A DNA stretch of 64,000 nucleotides, from the NCBI RefSeq assembly GCF_009834535.1, contig NC_045697.1:53880001-53944000 (forward strand), in the 5' to 3' direction. A model generated the notes under the pieces. It was not told the origin of the DNA, made no database searches, and was given only the letters and a program-made list of their open reading frames with translations. This document shows positions 24,551 through 38,055 of the stretch, one piece after another. The translations under genes were made by a program, and so were the position numbers. The number at the start of each line of letters is the position of its first letter. Position 1 is the stretch's first letter. This stretch comes from Camelus ferus (Eukaryota).

Positions 24551-25509
24551 GCACAAATCTATTTAAAAAAAAAAAATCCAGGAGCTAATAAACTTTTAAA
24601 TGCCATTATAAAATGAGTAAGAACAAATCAAAGGTGCTTCTCCCCCTAGTTAGCGTCAACATAATAAATACTTTGATTATTTTAATTTCATAGAATCTAA
24701 AGGAAAGAAATTAATAATTCACCTATCTGTATACAATACCTTAAGTGAAACAAAAGTCAGATGTAAAGGTCACATTAAAGGCAGCACTTAAAATAAAAAA
24801 AAGTTTAAAAAGAAAGAAACAGTAAGAACTACTTCCAAGTTTTTTTATTTCTGAGGAATTGATGCTTCAGCTATCCTCAGTATCTCAAAATATACTCTAA
24901 AAAGCATATCCAGTTTTCTTAAATAAAGGAAAAAAAGTTTAGAAACAAGGTTTAATTAACCTTATCTTAAACAGAAAATTTACTGAATATTAGAGTCAGG
25001 CACTAGGCTATAAATTTTACATGTATTTTGCAAATTAAGCTTCCTATGAGGCTGACATTATTCCATTAAATTTTAAGACATACAAGGATAGGCATAACGT
25101 CCAATTTATTCACCAATGCATACCCAGAGAAAGCACAGTGCCTTGCAAAGAGTGGATACTAAACATTAAGTTTGATGAGCCAAAGAATAAATAGATGCTC
25201 ACTGAGTTTTACAGGTAAGGAAAACTAAGGGAAAAAAAAAAGTATTATGAAACTTGTCCAGGTCAGATTTGTGAAGAGAAGGTGTTTGAACCTAAAGTTT
25301 GCACTACCTACCACTACAATAATAAATCATAAGACTTGTCAGTTAAGCCTGTACTATTAATACAAATCAAATCATTCATGAGTCTTGAGTTTTAAAAACA
25401 GCATGCAGTTATTTGTCCTCAAAGATACGTATTGTAAGTCTCTTAATGGGTAACTGTAATAATCAAACTGCAAACGAAGTAAAATAACTTGCAAAAATAG
25501 AATACAAAC

Positions 25510-25572
25510 CATTCCTTGCCAAGGTGGTGGTGGTCCCATGTTATGAAATTCCCTCACATAATCATTGTAGGA
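25510..25572 (-). CDS. YTHDC1: YTHDC1 exon 15 ([21 protein letters not shown], 63 nt)
   Basis: TTTTAG acceptor, GTTTG donor. Confidence 0.96.
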
Positions 25573-25679
25573 CTAAAATGAAAGATGATAATGTCAATAA
25601 GTAAATAAAAAACCCAGAACTACAAAATAAATCAGATCCTGATTTTACATACATTAAATATAAAAAATGAAATGCTTAC

Positions 25680-25719
25680 CCCATTTAAAAACACATCTCG
25701 GCGAACTCCTGAAAATCGT
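25680..25719 (-). CDS. YTHDC1: YTHDC1 exon 14 ([14 protein letters not shown], 40 nt; alternative acceptor extends it to 25743)
   Basis: CCCAACAG acceptor, GTAAG donor; second AG 24 nt upstream. Confidence 0.95.
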
Positions 25720-25815
25720 CTGTTGGGAATAAGATTTGTGAAACTAAATTCAGGTAATTCATAAACTAGTTCCAAGAATGTAATTCAAAACTAAGCAAGA
25801 GTGAACCCAACTTAC

Positions 25816-25852
25816 CTGTCTACTTCCTGGTATCGTGGATCCTTTAAATACC
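25816..25852 (-). CDS. YTHDC1: YTHDC1 exon 13 (GYLKDPRYQEVD, 37 nt)
   Basis: GAACAG acceptor, GTAAG donor, phase-consistent. Confidence 0.95.
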
Positions 25853-27109
25853 CTGTTCAAACATCAAGCATTTTAGTATATCAAATTTATACTTTTTATT
25901 ATGGCATTATAATTAAACCTTCCTTACCACTCATTTCAATTCCTCCCATGAAATAAAGTGATGCTATTAAATGATGCTATTACATATCATTCCATTTTCA
26001 GATTTTCTTCTCAGATTACATGATAATTTAGGAAGTAACTAAGTAACTTACTGATATCACAGAATTATAAACTGCTAGAGAGGTTTTCATATGGATCTTC
26101 TAAATCCACACCCCAATTCTTGCTAGACAGAAATTTCTTCATGCTGCACCATAATAAAGGTAAGGGAAGAGGAATTATCTTGAGGACACTGTAATAGGAC
26201 TTTCTTAAAACAAATGTTTACCTTCCACCTTGAGTATACAGAAGCCTTTCTGAATCAATCATAGATAGTTTTAAAAAATGCAAACTTAAGGGAAGAAAAG
26301 CAAAATTACAAAAGTTGCAAAAATGAAGATATATACACTTTAAATGAAAGAACCATGGTGATAAGAGAAATATTCGCCCCCTCCCATATCTCCTTCTAAT
26401 AAGGACTCAGCAAATTAAAATGTAAAAAAATCTGAGTGGCCAAGTTATGGGAGTAAAATTAATTTTACTCTCTGGAATATTCCATTTTAGAGAAGAATGA
26501 GGCTTATCAAGCCACTTGTGATGGAATAGTGCTGTAGTGCTCACGAACGCCAATTTCCAAACTGCTGAATTTTTATAATTGGATCACTGACAATTTTAAA
26601 TAATACAGTTTGCCTTTTATGATTCTAGTAAGGGAAAGACTGAGAAGCTGCTTTTAGATTACAAACCAAGTACTTCCTACTCCTCTCTATAAACATGGAA
26701 GTCAGATACTTGTATTTAAAAAAAAAATTTCAGTTTCTAATTAAAGCTATATACCACATGAAATACTAAGTACCAGAGAATAAAAAGCCTAACAGTGTTA
26801 AGATCATTGCTTTCCCTAACTACATTTAATCTTAAAATACATACGCAGTTTCCATTTGTGCAATAATTATAAACTGGCAATTTCAGGTAATTAACAGACT
26901 ATGATAATGAGTCACACTGGAATAGATTAAACAAATTTAAAGTAGAGGAAGAATTATTAAGAACTATTAATAAATTCCTAAGGTTTAAGTAGTCACATCC
27001 TAAGTTTTCTCACTTTTAAAAACTATAGGCCCATGACAGAAGTTTTTGTGTTGTTGTTGCTGTTATTGTTTTTAATAATTTCAAGTCATCAGGATTATAA
27101 AATATTAAC

Positions 27110-27192
27110 CTGGTCTCTGATGAAACTCAGGGGCATAGTCAATCCTTGGTTTCTTTCTGCTGTTATGAATATCATAATCTTCTGGTCGACGC
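27110..27192 (-). CDS. YTHDC1: YTHDC1 exon 12 ([28 protein letters not shown], 83 nt)
   Basis: TGTGTAG acceptor, GTTAA donor, manual translation. Confidence 0.96.
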
Positions 27193-29676
27193 CTACACAA
27201 ATTAGACACATTAGAAATTAAACCAAAAACTGCTGGGAGAACAAACAGCAAGCAAGAGTTTCTGACAAAAATAAGTACAAAGAATAGCTTATTACTTCCT
27301 TTAAAATAACACCCTAATTTCTGGTGAGCAAATATCTTAAAATTTCTAAATTTTAATTCCTCAAATTAATTACTATATACCAATCCTTAGATGTATTGCT
27401 GGAAACAAGATATTCTCTGTAATCCTCATGCTGTGATGAGACGCTTGCAAAGAGTAATCTGCTCAAAATATGTAAATCATATTTTAGTAATCAAAACAAA
27501 AGTAAATGAGCTGCCCTCAAACTAATGTTAATATCCAGTTTAGCAATCAAAACACTTTCTCAGAGTCTCCATTCAAGTAAAAAGAGAGGGAGAAAAACTC
27601 TCTCATCATTACACAATAACTAACTACAAAATCTATATATTTAAACTTATTAGTGTCATGTTAGGCTAAGTCTGAAGAATTAGGACTTCTTTAATATTTT
27701 TCTTCTACTTTGCACAAAATTATACTTTTCACATGATCATACAGAAAATTTGACACTTATTAAAAGTGACTTTACAGGTAAGTTTTGAAAATCTTAATAC
27801 TTCAAAAAACTAATTTCTAAAGTTAATAACATTTAAGAATTAAGGGAATTTTATTTCCAGAGACAATGCCTTAAAAAATAATACTGGCAAGTAATGGGCC
27901 AGAGTTTAACAGAGTTTATACAACAAGTTCAAACTTTACTCTCTGCAGAGGGCTGCTCTTCACTATCTGCCATAAATCTTAATGGTTAACGTAAATACAT
28001 CATTAAATACACCTCATTTTACTTAGCTTTTAATAAAGAGCTACACAAAAGAAACAAAAATCCAAGTTTTTAAGGTAATAAATATCTTTCTACCCTTAAT
28101 ATCAAAAACTCTGTAATAACCTGACATCACTAGTTTTCCAGTTATTTCTCTGAGTATCAACTGCTTTCATTAACTTTTGCAACACAAATTCAAACTGCTA
28201 AGTTGCAATAAACCCAAGCCCCCCAACAGAATAAAAACAGTTGCATCTACAATAAATAAGACTAAGAAAATAAAAACTGGTTTAAAAAATAAACATACCG
28301 CTTTCTTGTAGTTTGGGAAGTGCATTTACGACCGGAATAAAACATGATAGTAACAGTTCATAAAGTAGTCCAACTACTGACTTTAAGCTGTAAGCCACAT
28401 ACAAATATGGAGGCCCTGGCAGGCTTGAGAGAAGGTGTAGTGGTGTAATAAGTATGGTTTACAGTCCATTGCAAAACTGAGGTAAACTTCACTTGTATGT
28501 ACTGTATTGCACTGGAACTCTCTTAGCTTAAAACTTCAAGAGACATCTTGGTGTTCAGTCCTTCTAGGCCAAAAATAAGGGGGCTCTGCCAGGTTCCTCC
28601 TACCTAATTGACAGTGTCCTTCTTAAGCTCAAAGAAATAGGGACGCTTGTTGGATTATCTGTACCTACCACAGGATGTTTCCATCAAAAGGAAACTTAAC
28701 CAAAGGTTTCATCCCATCATCAACCATACATCCAACAGTCTTTAGCAGAGTATTTTAGATTTAGCTGTATGCAAATCTATACAGGGGAAGGTGTTGGGTA
28801 GAAGGGCTTAAATCAGTCCTTTGCAAAAACTTCTCCAATTCTGTAACAAGTTAAACCCCCTTTTCCTGGAAAATGCTGTTTAGTTCATAAAGTAGTGATC
28901 AATAACCATGGCGATCCTCTAAAAACACTTTTAAGTCCACAGGTACTGCCAGCATCTGGAAAAGTTGTAAACAGACACAGCAACAGCCCTTCTTTTTGGT
29001 TTGTTGCCGGGTCTCCCAGGGCCACTTGATCCCCTTTGGAAAGAACCTATGGTTTTCAGAAGCTCAGCAAGATGTGTGAATTCACTGGGTACATGTTAGA
29101 CAATATTTGACAATGGGGTTAACACATCACGGTGGTAAAATCTGAAATAGTCCCAATAATGCTCCTCTTGAACATCAAAATAATTTAAAATATTTTATCC
29201 TCTAAACGAGGCGGCATCTTCTGAAAAAATATTAGTGATCCTTTATAAAAGTCCCATATCTGATAAGGTTATCCAGAGACACACCTGAAAGAAAAGGCTT
29301 TTTACAAAATATTAACAATTTTTGCAAATAAAGACTTTCTCCTCTTCCTCCTTCCTAGCCTGTTCTTAGCAAAAAAGGCCTACCTCATTTCAGTGGTATA
29401 CATCGTATAATGAGATTATCATCTAAACTGGTTATCACGCTTTAGCAAATAATTTTTTCTGCATTAGGAAAGATCCCCATTTTCCTCTTGAAAAATGACT
29501 GAGACCAAGGTGAGACCATGTGAAATCCTCAATGAAGCCACAAACTAGTCCATGCAGCTTGATTTGAGGATTTTCTCTTTCTTCTTTACCGCAGGACAAA
29601 CTTTTGACGAATCAAATTCCTCCATCATGTTATTCTGACACATGTGCCTATTATCAGTCCAAAGAACGTTTCTAAC

Positions 29677-29843
29677 CTTCCCACATCCCGGACTGGTTCT
29701 CGACGGGATGGACGTCCTCTTGATCGGGGCTGAGAATGCATTCTTCTCTTGTGACGCATTTTATGAATGACCTGATACAAGTCAATACTTTCATCAGGGG
29801 GAAATAGAAGACAAAGCTGGGTTCCACATTCAAGTTCAATTTC
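29677..29843 (-). CDS. YTHDC1: YTHDC1 exon 11 ([55 protein letters not shown], 167 nt)
   Basis: TTTTAG acceptor, AAG|GTTAGA donor, manual translation. Confidence 0.97.
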
Positions 29844-30824
29844 CTAAAATAGGAAAGTAGTAATTTACAAGATGAAAAAAAGAGGAGACACTTTCAATAG
29901 ACTTGCTGTATTTTCCTCATGTACAAGAAAAACAGACTGACTTGAAGGCTTCCTTCCTGAGGTTGATGATTGTATGAGATTCCGATAAACTTCCGTGAAA
30001 GGTTTTAAAAAGCCTTTCAAAAGTGTTTCATGTATTTATATAAAGGTAAAAAACTAAAAGTGTAAAATCTCCAAAGTTAACTATACAAAAAACTCTGTGA
30101 CAATGACCCTCTGCAACAAAGGAGTATTTCTTTGTGCAGAATACTTAAGAATCAGGACAAAGTCATCCATCTTAACAGTGGGGGAAAAACATTTACGTTG
30201 GTGTGTGTCAACAACTTTCGTAATTACGAAGAGCTAAATGCACTGAAATACATTAACTACAAAGGCAGACTAACCTATGGGCTTTTTAAAATTAAGTTTT
30301 ATTTTCAATTACCAACATTTCATTTATAAGCAATGAAAACCTGGTTCAAAAATATATGTAGAAACATAAGGGTCACAGGTCTGGATTTATTTTAATTTCA
30401 TTTGTAGACTCGAAAATCTGAGTACATATACTTATCATCTTTTCATAAAGCTTCCTTCTATTCAGAAAACTTCAGCAAAGATGTTAAATGGCATTTCTGA
30501 AATGTATTATACAAAATGCAGAACCTATTAAAACCGTAATAAATATAATGAAAAACCATTTGAAATAATGTCAATTTTCTTCAAAAAAAATTTCCTTCAA
30601 TTGTATTAATTAAAGTATCACATAAAGCTACCTATCTTTCAATATTAATGGAAGTTTTATTAATCAGTCATAATCACAGTGATCACAAACTCCAAATAAG
30701 AGTATCTTCCCTTAATCTTTCCCAAGTTCTTTCAAAAATGGTTTTTAAATGTCCCTCAATAAAGATCTCTAAAAGGGTTGATTAAATATGTGTTTTTTTA
30801 AAAGAATCAACTAAAACAACAAAC

Positions 30825-30909
30825 CTGTCCATCGCGTCCAATCTTTACTGGCTTATGTTCATTCCAAGGGTTAGTGAGATGAGCCGACTTAGTGAAGGGT
30901 AGTTCACGC
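30825..30909 (-). CDS. YTHDC1: YTHDC1 exon 10, YTH domain ([29 protein letters not shown], 85 nt)
   Basis: TTTTTAG acceptor, GTTTG donor, manual translation. Confidence 0.98.
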
Positions 30910-33900
30910 CTAAAAATACAGTGTTATCAATTATATTCTTTTGCAGAATCCTTTAAAGGCCTTACAGTACTTTCACAGTGAATTCCTATGTTAATCACAA
31001 TTTAAATGTGACTAAAATTTAAGACTGGTAGAACTTATTTCCCAGAAAGGGAACCACCTTCAGAGATGCATTCTTTCCACATTCTCTCCAGTGTTTAAAA
31101 AAAACAAATGGAACAAAACAGATCTAAATATGCTTAAGAACATGAGCTTGGAAACCAAGACAGTTTGGGGTTTAAATCCCAACTCTCTTTCAACTTCTCC
31201 GAACCTGAGTTTCTTCATCTTATAAACCAGGATATCACTATTGTCTTCATACTTGTTTTTAGTAGTTTGAAATGAAATATCAAATGTTTAGCATATTTCT
31301 TGCTTCTCTGTACTAAAAGAAACTGTATTTTTTTAATAACTGATCAACAAAGAGATAACCCTTAAACCAGGCAGTTAACACCAAATGAAAATAAGTGTTC
31401 CCTATTCTTAGTTCAGGACTGCTTTCCCAGATTCAAGCATCCTCCCCTTTTGATAACACAATACTCCCCACCACACATGGAATGGCTCTTGACAATACAA
31501 ATGTTTATAGTTATAAATACATATATTTGCATGTATTAATTATGTCCTCCACTTATACTATAGCACTATACCTATTTACCTTAAAAAAAAAAAACAACAA
31601 AAAACAAAAAAACCCTAGCTCTAAGCTCTCTGAGCAATAGGGGAAAATGGTCTCTCCAAGTTAAAAAAAGTATCCTGTATTTTTATAGTTCTTTATCAAC
31701 CTAGCATAATACTGAACACAAATATGACATTGTAATAAGTACTTGTTAGTTGTCAAAAAACAATCAGAAATTAACAACGTTCAGTAAGATATCATCTAAT
31801 TGTGCATAAAACAAGCATTGTCAAATTAAGTAAATGCTTTAAAGAACTATTTATTATAACTATAATACAAATGAAATTTTTCAAAGGACATACAAAGATG
31901 AATAAGATAAAGAAAAGCCTGCATTCCTAACTTTTCTTCCACAGCTTTTATCAAAGAATAAACAAGCACACACAACTATTTTGTAAATGAATGAGTAGCA
32001 TAGAGTATAGAATTTTGTTTTTAATGTGGATGTTCATATTTATTTTGGAAAGAAAAAAAACCCAGAAATTGCATCCTGGAAAAGGTGGCATATGGGATAA
32101 ATCTGAAAGAAAAAGAGATTCAGGAAAAGCCATATGTAGGGAGGTTAAGGCAGGGTTACATTTGAAGCAATGAAAAGGACTTGAGCAAAGACGTAACAGA
32201 GAAGACAAAATACAAGCAGGTAACCTGGTCCAGTCAACAAATGCTATATAACCATTTATTCTAACCTTACATGAATTTTCTTCAAGATGAGTATTACATG
32301 CTCAAATTTTATACCACTGTTTTAAACCTCAGAAACATTTTGACATTTATAGGAAAAGAGAAGTACATCTAAAATTAATGTTAACAAGGGGGCATGATCT
32401 GTAGTGGTGATGTGAAGGTATGGAAGAAGTGGGCCGTGAGTGATGGAAATGCCCACTAGGTACTACTACAAGGCTTGGATTCTTCATCTAACACATATCT
32501 TACCTCACACATCAAGAGTAGTTCAAGAATATATATACACATAGGTATGTATATATATAACAATCACTTTGCTGTACACCTGAAATTAATGCTGTAAATT
32601 GACTACATGTCAACAAAAAAATAAGAATTAAAATAAATTAAAAAAGCATATATACATACATAAAATATACATATACACACACAAACATTCCCTGCCCTGC
32701 CCCCTTTTCAGGGAGGTTGGGAGAAAGAGACTATCATTAAGCTAGAGCAAGTCCATACCAAAGCCTAGAATATCTAGAGGCAGATCTATAGTTTAAAACT
32801 TTGTATTTCGTTTAATACTTTCTTAGATTTTTCTTCTAAACTGCCAGTTAAAAAACAGTTATAGGAAAGGAATACATAATCTACAACTAACCAAAGTGCA
32901 GGAAGGTTACAAATTATTATTGCACAGAGTTATCACTGTTATTTAAATATTAGCAATAGAATACCCTAGGTCCAAAATAAAGGCATATGTCAAGCCGGCT
33001 GAGTCACCTGGGGTTAAGAGTCTTTGGTGGCACTGGTTCTAACGAGATTCTATAGATATCTGCCTACTGTTTTGACAAATTAGTTAATCCCAGCCAGAAT
33101 ATCACAGAGAACTATGAGGTCTTAGGCAAAACAGGGCTCAGATTAAGAATAAGAGAAATTGCACATCTGTGATTACAATTAGAGAACAGGCATCCTAACA
33201 GTTAGCTTTTGAGCAGACATGTAATGAAGAAGCCTACAGATGACTATCTTTACTGTGAGTACTTTAGATAACATGGGAGTAATTCTTTAACTTAGCAAGC
33301 TTAGTAAATGGGGCAAATTTAACAAAAGAACATGAAACTGTACAGAGGCTCTGTGTACTGGATAGTGATTTGGTCATTAAAGTCAAAATAAAAGAGAAAT
33401 CCTGAAAGAAGAGAAATGGGTTATTTGGAATGGCCATGAAAAGGGTGAGTATAAAATATAGTAATAGTCAGCAGATTTAATTCTAGTCGAATGACATTTT
33501 ATAGATTACAGCCTTATTTTGATCTAACTCCCAGTGACAAATAAGTCACTTTTTATGCCTCCCCTCCTATCTGCTACCACGTACCATCTGGTCTTAAACT
33601 TCAGTGTGCCTACAGGTTTCAGGTGGGTCTCAGGAGTCTGCATTTTAACAATCAGATACTACTGATGCAAGTGATCCAGGGACCACACCTAAAAACTTAA
33701 GGCTAGTTATTATTAAATCCACAAGGTGCTTAAATGAAAGTCTAATAACTATCATATCTGAAAAGAAAAAATACTAATAGCAGTATTACTGATAGCAAAG
33801 ATCTTAGGGTTTATATTTATTGAAGTTTAATCCTTTTAACTCCGAGTCAAATGCAATTCTAATTCATACAGAGAACTTGAGAGTTCAAGTGATTTACCCA

Positions 33901-35313
33901 AGGCAATATCAAAGTAGTAAGTATCACATGCCCCCTCAGAACTCTTAAGTACTGTAAAATTACTCTTGAACAAAAATAATATTAAAGCTTTTTAAATTTA
34001 AGAATATTCTTTCCAGCTAAACCTAAAACTTACTTGAAAACAGTTTAAAAAAAAAAAGTCACTACCCAAAATCTTGAACAAGATGTTAGTAGAATGGACT
34101 ATTTAGGTTTGTACCTCTTCTGTTGCTATATATATATATCTAATGAGTTAGTATAATAGCCAGTAAGTCAATGAAGAACATGAAGACAATAATCTGTGAA
34201 TAAATTAAACTTATCTTCTAAAATTAAGAAACAAATTTCCTTACCAATAGTTAAAAAATGAAGGTTAATAAAACAAGTAACATTCAAAATAAAATTTGCA
34301 ACCAGTGATCTAAAATTGGTAATTATTTTTCTATTACTAAGAAAACATCATCTCCAAATATTTATTAGTGACACAATGCTTCTAGTCATAAAACTATAGA
34401 CTTAACCTCTATTTTGGTATTTATAGTTATCCAGCCAATCAATCAGTCAATCAGTAAAAGTGTCTATCTCTGCTAAGAAATAATTGGCACCTTGTCTTCC
34501 CTATAAACTGCCATCAGATTTTTAAATTTTATAATTTTGATTATGATCTAATTTTAATTGAATTATAACTAATTTCTAAAGAACTATAATTTTGTATTTA
34601 TAAACCCTGGGTACAATGGAGTATGGGGATATCATCTATTGTCTCACCACCCTAACAATGCATTCCAACATTACAATTATGTATTCTTTCATCTATTTTA
34701 TCTTTCCGTTTATTACATGGACAATTATTTTTGCATATTACATTTAAGTGACAAACCATAATTTACTTAACCAATTTCCTATACGGGAGAATTCAGACTG
34801 CTTCTATTTTTCCCCTATAGAAAGTAATGATGGGACGAATAATGGTGATACACTTATGGCATAAGCTTTTTGGTTAATTATCAACCTAATACCACTGTAT
34901 CACTGCCCATGTATTTTCTTAGTTCCTCACTGTCCCACAGTAAAGGTTTAACTCCTTAGGCTGGTCCACATTACCATTCATCTTTGTCTTTTGTTCTTCT
35001 CCTTACTATACAGTTCATTAAAAAGGTGTCTCCTTATCCCACCCACATACCCCACTCCCACCCCCGATCTCCCACACCATGGTTTCTGATTCCTTGGCTC
35101 TTCTTTGTGCTAGTCTACCTTCCTGAATATGAATAGCATTTTTCCCTTTTACCCAATTCCTCCATCCTCATAAAAATCCATGTAAGCCAATTTATGACAC
35201 AGAAAAAAACCCATATGGTCCCTTTCAGGTAATTCTTATTTGACTAAAATTAATTTTACAGGTAATAGATTTGTGTATGTCATACAAAGTTCACTTAAAT
35301 AATTAGCTTTTTC

Positions 35314-35696
35314 TGTTGTTGAAAAAACTTTCTAGACCCAAGATGGAGCCAATCCTATCCCAGGTGTCACATCAGCAAACTGAAACTTGTAAAATTTTCA
35401 TGTCCCTATAGACAAACACTCCACTTAATCAGAAATGCAGTATATCCAGTCAGCCAATTCCCAAATGCCAAGCCAACTCTGGGCTTTCTCATTCCAAACA
35501 TGATTGACTATGTGGCTCCATCCAATCAGATGTTTCGTTATTCGTCTCTTCCTTGTTTTCTTTACTATTGATCCTAGAAAAGCTTTCTGCCATCTGCCCT
35601 ATTTTGCAGTTCTCCAAAAGAGACTGTCCATTTCCTGAAGTGTCAAGTTTGTTTGTATCACCTAAATTGACTTCTTTAATTATTTTTTTTTAAACG
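35314..35696 (+). mobile_element. Probable solo ERV1-type LTR in intron 9, antisense to YTHDC1
   Basis: TGTTG start, CCCAAGATGGAG motif, repeated CCAAT/CCAATCAG boxes, TATA-like CTAGAAAAGC. Confidence 0.55.
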
Positions 35697-35704
35697 ATAA
35701 TACA

Positions 35705-35811
35705 GGGGGAGGGTGTAGCTCAGTGACAGAGTACATGTTTAGCATGCACAAGATCCTGGGTTCAATCCCCAGAATCTCTATTAGTATCTATTAAAAAAAT
35801 AAAAAATAAAA
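35705..35811 (+). mobile_element. tRNA-derived SINE (camelid Vic-1-like)
   Basis: GGGGGAGGGTGTAGCTCAGTG (A box)..GGGTTCAATCCCC (B box), A-rich tail. Confidence 0.88.
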
Positions 35812-36430
35812 CAACGTACAGTCAATCAGTTAAGGACAAAAAAACAGTGGCAAATAACTCGGTGTTTGAAATAAGTCTATTTTTCTAACAAACATTTAAA
35901 TCAAATACTCTAGTTTCAAAAGATAACAATGCCAGCTAACATGATTTAACTTCCTTTAAAAACACTACTTGTTCACAACTAAATTAGTCACCTCCAAAAT
36001 GTTATTAGCCAAATCAAAGAGTGATTGTTTTCCCACTCCACAGTAATACGATATGTTAAATCACTGAACATATATATATATATATGCCAAATAACATTCC
36101 AAGCAATTGTCGTAACAAATTTACTGCTGAATTACTAATACTGAGGACAACTTAAATACATAAAACTCTTGACTACATAAACCTTTGCCCTTTGCATCCT
36201 ATATAGATTATAAAGGTGGTGAACAAGACAAGCAAAGCATATTAATGTTATTTTTTAGATTGTTAAATAAATTTTACAGGTCCCAATCACCCTAGGAATG
36301 AGACCAAACAAAAAGAGAGAATAATCAGAATAGTAAGTTAAAACATGTAACTGTGAAGTTTTAACATTATTCTCAACTAGCAGTCCATTCAAAACAAGGA
36401 CAACTTTACACACTGAAATGTATAACTTAC

Positions 36431-36548
36431 CTGCAAATCCAGTCAATTTTGAACACACCTCCCAGCATTTTAGCACTCATTCCTGCTGGAAGCACCCAAT
36501 GTATAGGAGATCCTCCATGATGTGACTCTGAAGAAAGTCTTGCAAAGC
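36431..36548 (-). CDS. YTHDC1: YTHDC1 exon 9, YTH domain ([39 protein letters not shown], 118 nt)
   Basis: CCCTTAG acceptor after an 80-nt intron, GTAAG donor. Confidence 0.98.
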
Positions 36549-36628
36549 CTAAGGGAATAAATCACAACATAATATATAGATGCAAATATAATTAATGTTT
36601 TTAAAATCCAACTTATTTTTATTCTTAC

Positions 36629-36737
36629 CTTGAAATTTTCCACTCTCTCTCACAGAAAATATTAAGATAACACTCCTTGCAGATCTGAATGCAAGATTTA
36701 ATTTCTTCTCATTTACTGGCAGTGTAGACCACACACC
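36629..36737 (-). CDS. YTHDC1: YTHDC1 exon 8, YTH domain ([36 protein letters not shown], 109 nt)
   Basis: ATATAG acceptor, GTAAG donor; GVWST motif with an aromatic-cage Trp. Confidence 0.98.
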
Positions 36738-38055
36738 CTATATGCAAACATCACAGACCGAAATCAGTGCAGATCATTTACGTTTCCAATTATATTTGCA
36801 GAAGATCAAAGCTACCAATACTGTGGTACATTAAATTTAAGTAAATTGTAATGAATTACCAGCTGTCAAAATAATGGAATAACCTATTAAAAACTCAGAA
36901 AAAATATGGAGAAAATTACCAACCTTAACCAAATCACTAAAACAACTAGTAAACCACACTGGGCAGGGGGGTGAGCAAATCATATGGCGTAGAATTTCAT
37001 GTAATAAAAACAATCACCTACAATTATTTTAATATCAGAACCATTTACTGTGGTAAAAGCATGTTGTTTGAAGGTGAATCACAATGTGTACATTTTTCTT
37101 CTTAAAAAACTATGCCTAACGAAATAATTATCATTATATTAGTAAATCCATAAGTGAAGGATTTCTGTCAAGTTACTAGCATTTCTTTTTTCCTATTTAA
37201 GTTCAAATATTCACGTATCAATAGTTTGAAGAGGCCTGTGTTTTATGTAGAGTTGGAACATAATTATTAATTTCCAGAGCATTCAATTCTTTGTTCATTA
37301 AAGATTAAGAGATAGAACGGTAAAAGAAGCCAGAAGCTCTAATTCAGTTTAGCCCATTGATACAAACTAGATCTCATTCACACTAAGTGATTAATTACTT
37401 CTGCCTAAATCTACTAGTTAAAGAACAGAATAAACTTCCACTAGAGAGTTATCTGATGTATTATTCCTTCCATCTGTAAAATTTAATGGGTAATCCTCAA
37501 CTTAAGTTAGAAATATAGGATTATTAAGTGACAAAAATATGGTTAAAAAATATTTAACTTTAGTTTTAACTTTCTCAGAGTCATTAGAAACTATTAAACA
37601 AAAAATAGTGACCTTACTTTTAAAAGTAAAAGAAACTCTCTGTTAAAGAATGATTTTTTTTCAAGAAAAATCTCAAGGCATAGAACAGCATCAATATAAA
37701 ACAAAAACTGGCTAACTAAAGAAACTTTAAAAAGTATTAGTATAATAAATTAGCAACCGAATACAAAAACTCAAAAATTGAAAGAAACACATCTTTTGCA
37801 GTACAATGTATAATTATATCCATTCTTCAAATACTGAATACATTTACTCCTAAACTTTTAAAAGATTTAAAAACTTAAATTACTACTATGTTGCCTCCAA
37901 AAGCAGACTGGGCTATGGATTATGGCAACTGGGCTATGGATCTTTAAAGCTTTCACAAAAATTACAGTATCTCATGCACTCAAGTGACACTCAAATCCAG
38001 CTCACATTTAAAAATTTCAAGATTAGGATAGTTTCAACAGAACTGATGCTAATAC

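Noticed and set aside
30217..30230. Perfect 14-bp palindrome TTCGTAATTACGAA in intron 10
   Set aside because: Several palindromes of this length are expected by chance in 64 kb
35705..35775. tRNA-Ala-like sequences here and at 59790, 60531 and 62271
   Set aside because: Diverged stems, A-rich tails and TSDs identify them as SINE copies, not tRNA genes
37907..37941. 14-bp direct repeat ACTGGGCTATGGAT (also TCTAATTGTCTAAGA at 11975 and 12003)
   Set aside because: Two-copy local micro-duplications; not an array and no functional clue
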